The notes under the pieces are model-generated. The model was given only the letters and a program-made list of their open reading frames with translations. It was not told the DNA's origin and did not search any database. Shown here one piece after another: positions 56,255-64,000 of a stretch of DNA of 64,000 nt. The translations under genes were made by a program, and so were the position numbers. Each line of letters opens with the position of its first letter. The first letter of the stretch is position 1. The DNA is from Parcubacteria bacterium C7867-004 (GTDB taxonomy: Bacteria > Patescibacteriota > Minisyncoccia > Phycocordibacterales > Phycocordibacteraceae), in the NCBI GenBank assembly GCA_001189075.1, contig LFCN01000006.1, positions 524,866 to 588,865 of the forward strand. The letters are read 5' to 3'.

Positions 56255-56998
56255 CTACAGTTCTTTTCGCTTTTTCTCCATCAGCGAGATTATTTTTCCG
56301 ATATGACCGTAATCGAGATGTTCTCCAAACTTATCGCTCACAAGTCCCATAATTTCTCGTCTTGGCAGGTCTTTGTTGTAGTAGATAAACTCGTTTCTTT
56401 CTTTGATTTTCGGCTTCTTTCTTTTCACAGAGCCTATCTTCAGTTCCTGTCTCTTATACTTCTCTTGAAGAGGTTTGATTACTTCAGTATATGTATGTTT
56501 TATGTGGTCAATGATGTCTCTCTCGCTAGCAAATGGACTTATCCCTAGGACCACAGGGTAAATATCCTTGTCATTAATTCTTGTTGAAAATATTTCTTCA
56601 TTCCTTAGTACAAATTTCTTATAGTCCCACACATTACAGAGAGCCACGTAGGGTTCAGCACTGAATTCGTCCGCAACGATATACTCAGTAAGCTCTGTAC
56701 TCCACATCAACGGGTCAAGGCCATATTCAAGCAGGAGTGTATACAGGTCTTCTTGAAAAAGCTTATTGCGTTCAAGTTCGTCCGTAAGCTTAGGAAACAA
56801 GTCCATAAAGTCGTCAGAACCCCTTATTCCCTGCTCCGAAAGTCCATACTTCTTTCGCAGAGAAATTATAGACGTCGAAAACTTCTCTGTGTTTAATACT
56901 TCTTCGAAATAGTTGAATAACTTCTTATAGCCACTTGTTTTTGACAAGGAATTTTGAATATCATCGGGGTCAGAGAGGCTATTGAAGTCCAGCTTCAT
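56255..56998 (-). CDS. Hypothetical island protein, possible C-terminal HTH
   Basis: 247 aa; basic C-terminus ERNEFIY...REIMGLV..K..HLDYGHIGKII. Confidence 0.65.
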   Translation of the reverse strand: MKLDFNSLSDPDDIQNSLSKTSGYKKLFNYFEEVLNTEKFSTSIISLRKKYGLSEQGIRGSDDFMDLFPKLTDELERNKLFQEDLYTLLLEYGLDPLMWSTELTEYIVADEFSAEPYVALCNVWDYKKFVLRNEEIFSTRINDKDIYPVVLGISPFASERDIIDHIKHTYTEVIKPLQEKYKRQELKIGSVKRKKPKIKERNEFIYYNKDLPRREIMGLVSDKFGEHLDYGHIGKIISLMEKKRKEL

Positions 56999-57156
56999 TC
57001 CTTTACTCTAGCTGACAGTGGACTACAGTTCAATCAATGAGTAGAGCAGTTCGCTTTTATCAGCAAAGTTGCACTAGTAGGACAGGATTGGTCAGTTTGC
57101 GTAGGTAGATAGTCTGAAAGGACGGCCGGAAACCCTCTCTACAAGCGGCACCTGCC

Positions 57157-57492
57157 CTATTTACTGCGCCAATAGCCTTTTACATACGTCCCATTTGCTC
57201 GATAGTATCCATTCACCCAAACAGTCTTTGAGACGGCGGGCGTGACCTTAGGCCAGGTCTCCTTCGCTGCCGCGGGTGCTACAACTCTTTTGATCGTAAC
57301 TGGTGTCGCTTTAGGAGCAACCTTCACTGGACAGCCAGAGGTATATCCTAAATCTCCGCAGGTATAACTACCTGTATCTGACGGGCAAGAGTGCCAACGG
57401 TGACAGCCTGACTGGTGGGCAGATACCGATGAAGGCACGAGAGTGAAGGCCAGTGCTGCTAGCAATAGGAGTCCAGGAAGAAGGTTTTTCAT
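57157..57492 (-). CDS. Small secreted Cys/His-rich protein (YHYH-like) with basic C-terminal GYYR-NGTYV motif
   Basis: Signal peptide, AHQSGCHRWHSC..C..C, VWVNGYYRANGTYVKGYWRS. Confidence 0.7.
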   Translation of the reverse strand: MKNLLPGLLLLAALAFTLVPSSVSAHQSGCHRWHSCPSDTGSYTCGDLGYTSGCPVKVAPKATPVTIKRVVAPAAAKETWPKVTPAVSKTVWVNGYYRANGTYVKGYWRSK

Positions 57493-57500
57493 AATGACCC

Positions 57501-58058
57501 TTAGAACTTCTCACCTTTCTCCTTGAGAATTTTTTCTACACTTGAGACGGTGTTCTTCGAAGCATCGTTTAACTCCAACTTACCATTTAGAAAACTCTCA
57601 TATTCTGCATCTAACACAATAGAAGGTTTTATTTGTTTAATGCGATTTAAGAAAGATTTAATTTTCTCGTCTGAGTAACTACCCTCTCTTATCGAGTTGT
57701 GGTAAAGCGTACCATCAGATCTTAAGATATATAGATTCATTCTAGATCCAAACCAAGGCAATACGTATTGAGAAAAACGATAGATATATTTTATGCTTAA
57801 TACATCTATTTTATCCTTACCGAAAGTTTTATAACCTGAATTTATCAGTGTACGCGCGTCTTGAATCTCAAGGTATGTGCTAAAGAACGTCCTTATATTT
57901 ACTAATAGGATCATTAGTAGCAGCAACAGGAAAAATATAGTCTGTCGATTTAGTTCATGGAAAAAGTCTTTGCTATATCCTTCAATAAGGAATACACCGA
58001 CTAGCAAAGCTGAAGTATATATTGGAACTAAATTCGATCTAAACAGCTCTTTCTTCAT
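57501..58058 (-). CDS. Putative RHS immunity protein (2 TM + soluble domain)
   Basis: AT-rich; starts 4 nt after the RHS stop codon. Confidence 0.6.
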   Translation of the reverse strand: MKKELFRSNLVPIYTSALLVGVFLIEGYSKDFFHELNRQTIFFLLLLLMILLVNIRTFFSTYLEIQDARTLINSGYKTFGKDKIDVLSIKYIYRFSQYVLPWFGSRMNLYILRSDGTLYHNSIREGSYSDEKIKSFLNRIKQIKPSIVLDAEYESFLNGKLELNDASKNTVSSVEKILKEKGEKF

Positions 58059-58062
58059 AATT

Positions 58063-61000
58063 TTACCTAGCAAAGATTCTCAACCCAGTTGACACTGAAT
58101 AATTTATAAGATTCTCAGCAAATGCTGGCATGAATGAAGCCGATGATCTTCCCAATGAAGATTCAACACTTTGTCCTGCCATTTTTGCTCCTGCTGCACC
58201 AATTGCTGAAATGCCTGCCTGACCCGCACCAACGTTACCTGAATCTAACATGTTTTGGGCTGCTGCTGATGCGCCCGCATTAAATACTATTCTTCCTATA
58301 GTTGCGTTAACTGAAGCGGCTCCTGCTATCGCGTCTGCTGCGGCTGAAGTTCCATACTGACCAGCAGTACTCTTTGTGCCATTATAGGCATCCCCGGTTG
58401 CTCTCGATGCAGCTCCCACTGCTGCAGAAGCATAGGCCCCAGCCACTACAGCTTCCTGTGCGGTAGCAACAGCAGCTCCCACCAAGCCTGCAACTTGCAT
58501 AGTAGCTACAGGCAAACCAAAGCCAACTTTAAGACCTTGCGTCATCACATTTTGTTTATAGTTATTTGCCGAAACCGGAATATTTGGGTTACGAGGACCA
58601 CCAAGCGCATGAGACATTATTGAGGTGTTCCCCGTAGGGTCTTTTTTAGTAATAGGATTGTTCTCCGCATAGCTATAGCTATTTAAGCTCTGCGGACTCA
58701 TAAGTAACTGATTGTGATCGAGACTGGTAAGAGCCTGAACCTTATTCGGATCACCAAGTGCCAGGAAGCTAGGGTCTTGGGAAAGGAAACCACCGCGCCC
58801 CCCATCGTAGTATCTTGCATTTAGGTACGAGAGGTCGGACTCGTCATCATGCAGCTCCCCGATGTAGCCTCGCTTCTCCTCGAATGAGCCGGACTGGGCC
58901 CGCTCCCCTCCGTAAGGATAGTAGTCAGTTACTTCAGATGCGGCACCCGCATTATTTGATGCAACATTTGTGCTGCCCAAATGATCGGGGTGGATATACT
59001 GGATCGTACTGGTAGCTCCAGCTGTCTCTACGGTCGCAATAAGCTCTCCGCCTGCGTATATACGCTTTGATGTAGTCGTGCCGGTGGTGTCGTAGAGACG
59101 ATTCACATAGCGGGTTGTAGTGCCTGCTGCGACCTTCAGGACACGCTGATTCGTGTGGTCATACGCGTAGGTGGTAGTTGCTCCCCCGCTCTGGGATGCG
59201 GTCATTCGATTCCGGTAGTCCCAGGCGTAGTTCTTTGCCCCGTATGCGGTGAGATTGCCGTTCGTGTCGTAGGCGAGGCTTGTAGAGGCAATGGACGTAG
59301 CTGCGTGCGGATTGGTGTATCCCGTCTCGCCGTACGTATAGCTTCCCTGATCTGACTTGCTCGTTATGTTCCCGATAGGGCTATAGGCATACGTCTGCAA
59401 GTATGGGGTCGAGGACGCAGCGGTCGTCGATGCGGACGTAAGGCGGTTCAGGCCGTCATAGACGTAAGTAACCTGTCTCGCTGCCTGAGTGCCTGAGTAA
59501 TCCTTTATGGCAGTTATGTTACCTACATTGTCGTAGAAGTAGTACGTGTCTTGAACAATATCTGACGTGCTGAGCGCACCTGTGGAGAATGTAGCCGTTT
59601 CAACGCTCCATTCCCCCGCGAAGGTGTGAGTGTCCCAATACTTTATCCTCCAGTAATAGGTTGTTCCGGGAACGAGTGCCGGCCCCACATATGGCAGGAC
59701 CTCGGTCCTCATATTGTTCGGTGTAGAGCTCGCAAGAGGGGTCTTTCCACTATCCCAGTACGGGCTTGTGAAGCTCGAAGAAGTTGCTACTTGGATCTGG
59801 TAGTACAGAGCCAGGTCACCACTATCAATATCGTGATGTATTGCCGAGAATTCGGGAGTATTGTCGGTCAAGTTTGTCGGGTTCGTCTGAGCATTCGTCT
59901 CGAGCGATGTCGGAGGGCCCGGCGGTGCGTACTGCGAAATAGTGAAGGTAGCGTTGGAACTCCATGAGCCCGCAGAGTCAGCAGTATCCCAGAACTTTAC
60001 CCGCCAATAGTACGGCGTTGAGGAAGCGAGAGTAGAGCCCGAATAGGATATATCTGGCGTACGACTACCGACCGGGGTCGAGCTTGAGAGCGCTGTCTTT
60101 CCACTATCCCAGTACGGGCTTGTGAAGCTCGTCGAGGTGCTGACCTGTATCAGGTAGTTGAGCGCGACGTCGCCAGCGTCCGAGTCCCCATAAATTGCTG
60201 AGAACTCAGGGGTAGGGTCAGTGACATCGTTCGGATTGGTACGGCTTTCCGTCTGAAGCGAAGTCGGCTCGGTCGGTGCGAGGTTGTATATCACCACGAG
60301 GTTCGGATCCTGGCTGGTTCCCGTGGTTTCCGCAGATGCGAATACCACAGTGAGCTCAATGGCATCAGTCGTCCAGTTGTTATTGAAGTCGTTATAGGAA
60401 CGGAAGCCGAGTTTTGATACGCCTGTTGGTGTTATAGCAGCAAGTCCGGTGCTATTGAGCGACAGAGATTCATAGGTGTTGAGTGTATAGGTCCCATCGG
60501 TAGTACCGAATGACGTGCTTCCAACCTGGTCATAATCGCCGAGTACGAGGGCAGTATTCGAAGCCGGAGTGGCAGCAACTGCGTATATGCGCTTCTCAGA
60601 ACTTCCAGCAAGAACGTTCGTGATGTACATGTTAACCGTTGCCGCAGTCACGATCGCAGCGTCTGGTAACACTGACGTATCGAATAGAAGGAAGGCACGT
60701 GCGAGACCAACCTTACCATTTGATTTTTCCTCATCACGAGCGTAGAGGTGAGCGCTCAAATCGTCTCCGGCGTTAGAGGCACTCGCGTTTCGGGTCGTAG
60801 TCCAGTTGCTGCTGTCGTTCTTCTCCATCGAACCGTCGACCGAGGTGACTTCTGTATTCGGATCAGGATAGAAGGTAACGGAAGCAGCGAGCGCGTGCTT
60901 CGGCAGGAAGAAGCTCAGTATCATTTCGATGATGGTCGGCTTCTCTTCCTTGGCGGTTACCTCCTTCTGATACTCGTAGGAGGCCTTGGTAGTGATGCCG

Positions 61001-64000
61001 TAGTCGGCAATCCACCACTCGCCTTTTTCGTCCTCATAGTACTGCGGATCGCCTGAGATTATCTCCGCGATAAAGGCGCCTGGCTCGTTTGTTGCGAAAG
61101 TTCGTGAGTGACTAGTTCTCTTGTCAGAAACCTCGCCCGTGATTGTCAGGCCTGCTTCCTGTGCCTTACGGTTGGTGTCTACGCCCACTGGAAGCGAGTC
61201 CACCCTCTGGTCACTCTTGTATGCGTACTTAATTATTCCTTCCTTGATCTCTTTAGAACCGAGATGCCGATCGAGCGGTGCCTTGAATTTTAGCTCTTCT
61301 GCATCAACCGGCAGTGATTTGAGATATTCAGCACGATCCTGGACCGGCGACATCTCATCTGTTGTCGTGGAGGTCTTCTCTTCAGCTGGTACAGTCTCCG
61401 GCGCTGCTGGTTCAACAACGGGAACTACTGGCTCGTCTACCACAGGAGGAGTTACCTCGGGAATTTCTATTGGAGGCTCTTCTGGTACCGGCTTTTCTTC
61501 TACTGGAGGAATTGGTTCATTGTTAGTCTCTGTTGGAACTTCTGGCTGGACTGGTTCTACAGATTCTTCAATTATTTCCTGCTGTGATGGAAGTACCGGT
61601 TCCGCCTGAACTATATTCAGGAGAGAAAGAAGATATGGGTCATTTGAGGCCAGCGCAAGATGACCGCCTTTAAGAATCGACAGTTCCTCGAAGTCCTCGA
61701 ATTGCCCTTCATCCTCCTCTCCTCCGCCACCTCCCATCATCATCTGCATACCGACTTGTCCCGTTAGAGAAGTCCGGATATTCGTCAGCCGATAGAGTTT
61801 TCCTGCCGAGTACGAGTACGTACTGACTGCGCCATTTCCAAACTCCTTATACTTCACCTTTCCAGTTGGCGCGTAGTCGAAATCAGCTATGACATTAGAG
61901 AATGATCCTCCTGATTCCTTTTGCGCAACCGACTCGAGCATGCCCGCGCTGTTATATAGGTAACGTACCTGCGAGGAGTCTGGGTAGGTGGTGTAAACGG
62001 GATTCCCGGCACGATCGTATTCGTAGAGTGTCGTAGCGGTAGTGCTGCTGATGGAACGTGCTTCCGTTGCGACGCGACCGAGTGGATCATAAAGGAAGGT
62101 AGCGACTGCTGAAGTAGAGGTTGCCGAGCAGAGCTGTCCTTTTCCGTCCGTGCACGCGTCGTATGCATAGGAAACCTCAGTGCCTCCCGTGCCTGCGTAG
62201 TCCTCAGTAAGGACACGATTGAGGTCGTCATAGGTGTAGCTTACAACCTGACTCTTCGGGTCGGTTGTCGAAGCGAGGTTGCTTGATGCGTCATACGCGT
62301 AGGACCAGGTGCCATAGGTGCCATCAGCTCCATCATGTATATCTTGCGCGGTAATCCGGCGACCCAAGCTGTCATAGGTGAAGTTACGGACATTGGCGTC
62401 CGCATCGGTTATCTTGGTCAGCTTCTTGTTCCCGTTGTATTCATAGGCACTCGTATACGCACTTACGCCGTTATGTTCAACAACAATAATAAGGTTGTCA
62501 TACGCGTCCTTTGTGAGATCAAGCTGCGTACCTCCCGCATCTGTAACAGTTGTCACCCAGTCATCGAATGCATAAGTCGTATTCCCTACAGAGTTTGATG
62601 CGATAGTCTTCCGCTGAAGCGGATCGTACGTATAACTCTGAAGAAGATAAAGTGCTGGTGCTGAACTTGTACCGGTATATGAGCTCGTATATACGAAATA
62701 CGGGAGCGATTCGCTCTCGAGCAGTCCCCGTGTGTCATAGACATACGTTTTTGCAGCATAGGTATTTGAGCCCTCAGCTTCCGAAAGCTCCTGCACCTTT
62801 CTTCCAAGGCCGTCGGAATACGTAAACGATTCAGCTGTGGTAGTTGCGTCCAGGTATTTGGTGCTTGCCACACGGCGCGGCATGCTGGTATCCGTGTAGG
62901 TGTAGGTGGCCTTTGTTACTAAGGTTGACGGAGTAACACTATCGGGCTGCTTTTCTTCTTTGACACGATCGAACGGATCATACGCAGTCTCAAACGCCCT
63001 TCCATTTGCATTAACCGTACGGAGCGGCTTCCCAGACGAGTAGTCAAATGTAGAAGAGACAGTTTGGCTGAGAGGGTTGGTCGTAGTTGCACGATAGAGA
63101 TTATAGGAATCGTAGGTGTAGGTCGTCTGCTTATCGCGTGGGTCTTTCTCGGTCAGGACCAAACCTCGTGAATCATAGGTCTTCTCGACATCGATCGTAC
63201 TTGATCCAGTCACCCAGGATTCCTGCTTCGTGAGATTACCCTTGTTTATCGAACCGAAGGAGAGAGTGTCGTAATAGTTCTTAGTCTCTCGAATAGTTGT
63301 GTTCGACTGGTTTAAGACTGTCTCTTGAGACTGGAGCGCAAATGGAACCGTCGAGCTCGCGGCATACGATAGGTTGGTTGTGAACTTGTCTGAACCAGTA
63401 TCACTGAAGGATCCGTCGGAGCTTCCCGTCACCTTGCCCCATTCGACCTTCTGGGTCAGATTCCCGGTCGAGTCATCATAGGTATAGGTTTCGGCCTTAT
63501 CGGCATGATCCGAATCCCCGTCATAAGAAAGCTTGGTAGATTGCGTCTTCTTAACAAAATTGGCTTTCCCCACCCGGTTATAGGTCTGCCAGGTATTTAC
63601 GCCGAGCGCGTACAAATGTCCGGAATTGTCATATGCCTCGCTGCGGAACATCTTTCCGATCTTCGACTGGTCGTCTGCGTATTCGCCTGAGGAAGTAGCC
63701 GTGGTATTGCCCTGGTGGAAATAGGACGTGATTACGTTTCCTCCGCTATCGGTTTGTGTCGTCGTACCGAAACCTGCGAGTCGGTGATCGAAAGGGTTGG
63801 CGTAGTAGTTGCTACCGTTCGAATAGGTATAGGTATTCGTCGTGGTCGCGGCTATGCCGTCAAATTTACTCACCGTATTGACGGTCATCAGATTGGCCGG
63901 GAATGTCGGATTAAGCATGGCATTGCTCGAGTCTCGGTAGAACGCGGACGCCTTGTAGGTCGGCACTACGGTAGCTCCTCCCTGTTCGCGCACTAAGGTG
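58063..64000 (-). CDS. Giant RHS/YD-repeat protein (TcB/TcC-like), 5' end outside window
   Basis: RLAGFG midN-like motif, many YD repeats, HPDHLGST, YYPYG, YLNARYYD, FLSQDP, NSYSYAENNPITKKDPTG core end; frame open to the window edge. Confidence 0.93.
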   Translation of the reverse strand, partial: TLVREQGGATVVPTYKASAFYRDSSNAMLNPTFPANLMTVNTVSKFDGIAATTTNTYTYSNGSNYYANPFDHRLAGFGTTTQTDSGGNVITSYFHQGNTTATSSGEYADDQSKIGKMFRSEAYDNSGHLYALGVNTWQTYNRVGKANFVKKTQSTKLSYDGDSDHADKAETYTYDDSTGNLTQKVEWGKVTGSSDGSFSDTGSDKFTTNLSYAASSTVPFALQSQETVLNQSNTTIRETKNYYDTLSFGSINKGNLTKQESWVTGSSTIDVEKTYDSRGLVLTEKDPRDKQTTYTYDSYNLYRATTTNPLSQTVSSTFDYSSGKPLRTVNANGRAFETAYDPFDRVKEEKQPDSVTPSTLVTKATYTYTDTSMPRRVASTKYLDATTTAESFTYSDGLGRKVQELSEAEGSNTYAAKTYVYDTRGLLESESLPYFVYTSSYTGTSSAPALYLLQSYTYDPLQRKTIASNSVGNTTYAFDDWVTTVTDAGGTQLDLTKDAYDNLIIVVEHNGVSAYTSAYEYNGNKKLTKITDADANVRNFTYDSLGRRITAQDIHDGADGTYGTWSYAYDASSNLASTTDPKSQVVSYTYDDLNRVLTEDYAGTGGTEVSYAYDACTDGKGQLCSATSTSAVATFLYDPLGRVATEARSISSTTATTLYEYDRAGNPVYTTYPDSSQVRYLYNSAGMLESVAQKESGGSFSNVIADFDYAPTGKVKYKEFGNGAVSTYSYSAGKLYRLTNIRTSLTGQVGMQMMMGGGGGEEDEGQFEDFEELSILKGGHLALASNDPYLLSLLNIVQAEPVLPSQQEIIEESVEPVQPEVPTETNNEPIPPVEEKPVPEEPPIEIPEVTPPVVDEPVVPVVEPAAPETVPAEEKTSTTTDEMSPVQDRAEYLKSLPVDAEELKFKAPLDRHLGSKEIKEGIIKYAYKSDQRVDSLPVGVDTNRKAQEAGLTITGEVSDKRTSHSRTFATNEPGAFIAEIISGDPQYYEDEKGEWWIADYGITTKASYEYQKEVTAKEEKPTIIEMILSFFLPKHALAASVTFYPDPNTEVTSVDGSMEKNDSSNWTTTRNASASNAGDDLSAHLYARDEEKSNGKVGLARAFLLFDTSVLPDAAIVTAATVNMYITNVLAGSSEKRIYAVAATPASNTALVLGDYDQVGSTSFGTTDGTYTLNTYESLSLNSTGLAAITPTGVSKLGFRSYNDFNNNWTTDAIELTVVFASAETTGTSQDPNLVVIYNLAPTEPTSLQTESRTNPNDVTDPTPEFSAIYGDSDAGDVALNYLIQVSTSTSFTSPYWDSGKTALSSSTPVGSRTPDISYSGSTLASSTPYYWRVKFWDTADSAGSWSSNATFTISQYAPPGPPTSLETNAQTNPTNLTDNTPEFSAIHHDIDSGDLALYYQIQVATSSSFTSPYWDSGKTPLASSTPNNMRTEVLPYVGPALVPGTTYYWRIKYWDTHTFAGEWSVETATFSTGALSTSDIVQDTYYFYDNVGNITAIKDYSGTQAARQVTYVYDGLNRLTSASTTAASSTPYLQTYAYSPIGNITSKSDQGSYTYGETGYTNPHAATSIASTSLAYDTNGNLTAYGAKNYAWDYRNRMTASQSGGATTTYAYDHTNQRVLKVAAGTTTRYVNRLYDTTGTTTSKRIYAGGELIATVETAGATSTIQYIHPDHLGSTNVASNNAGAASEVTDYYPYGGERAQSGSFEEKRGYIGELHDDESDLSYLNARYYDGGRGGFLSQDPSFLALGDPNKVQALTSLDHNQLLMSPQSLNSYSYAENNPITKKDPTGNTSIMSHALGGPRNPNIPVSANNYKQNVMTQGLKVGFGLPVATMQVAGLVGAAVATAQEAVVAGAYASAAVGAASRATGDAYNGTKSTAGQYGTSAAADAIAGAASVNATIGRIVFNAGASAAAQNMLDSGNVGAGQAGISAIGAAGAKMAGQSVESSLGRSSASFMPAFAENLINYSVSTGLRIFAR
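59741..60131. repeat. 37-bp perfect direct repeat (59741-59777 and 60095-60131) marking two 118-aa FN3/Ig-like domains
   Basis: GTCTTTCCACTATCCCAGTACGGGCTTGTGAAGCTCG occurs twice, 354 nt apart. Confidence 0.9.

Larger units (their letters stand above)
48665..57000 (-). mobile_element. AT-rich integrative element at tRNA-Asn (int-res-mod-HTH-rep); right boundary approximate
   Basis: Abrupt AT enrichment right after the tRNA CCA; integrase, R-M, xis-like and Rep-like genes all co-oriented. Confidence 0.8.

Noticed and set aside
57087-57094. GATTGGTC matching part of tRNA-Asn as a possible right att site
   Set aside because: Only about 8 nt and not followed by the displaced tRNA 3' end; the right boundary remains undefined and may lie outside the window
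1-64000. CRISPR array, rRNA, IS transposase or alternative genetic code
   Set aside because: No regularly spaced repeats or rRNA/transposase signatures seen; TGA acts as a stop in well-supported genes

Overview
A 64-kb segment of a bacterial chromosome using the standard genetic code. Gene content and order suggest Patescibacteria/CPR, most likely Parcubacteria: a short mraZ-rsmH-ftsL-like-ftsI-murF cluster, proS-mreBCD-mrdA-greA, short ProS, PUA-less TruB, rplI present and no biosynthetic genes. This taxonomy is inference only. The core genes are interspersed with small orphan genes, several of which have their own sigma70 promoter, Shine-Dalgarno (SD) site and terminator. Main observations: (1) a tightly coupled four-gene array (34.8-42.1 kb) with one PPDK/PEP-synthase ATP-grasp domain but five phospho-His swivel domains, each behind a different uncharacterised domain, and no pyruvate-binding barrel, i.e. 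a split, multiplexed rifampin-phosphotransferase-like dikinase system, with a His-phosphatase gene nearby; (2) two tandem leader-peptide attenuators with long antiterminator helices in front of orphan genes (22.4-23.8 kb); (3) a roughly 600-nt highly structured non-coding region with two promoters and two terminators (45.85-46.46 kb); (4) an AT-rich integrative element at tRNA-Asn carrying type III R-M and a stop-interrupted Rep, whose serine recombinase ORF ends inside the tRNA antisense strand; (5) a giant TcB/TcC-like RHS protein with a roughly 735-aa surface-protein-like insertion inside the YD shell; (6) pervasive -10 boxes 6-9 nt before core-gene start codons, suggesting leaderless mRNAs. 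All calls come from motif recognition by eye; no searches were run.
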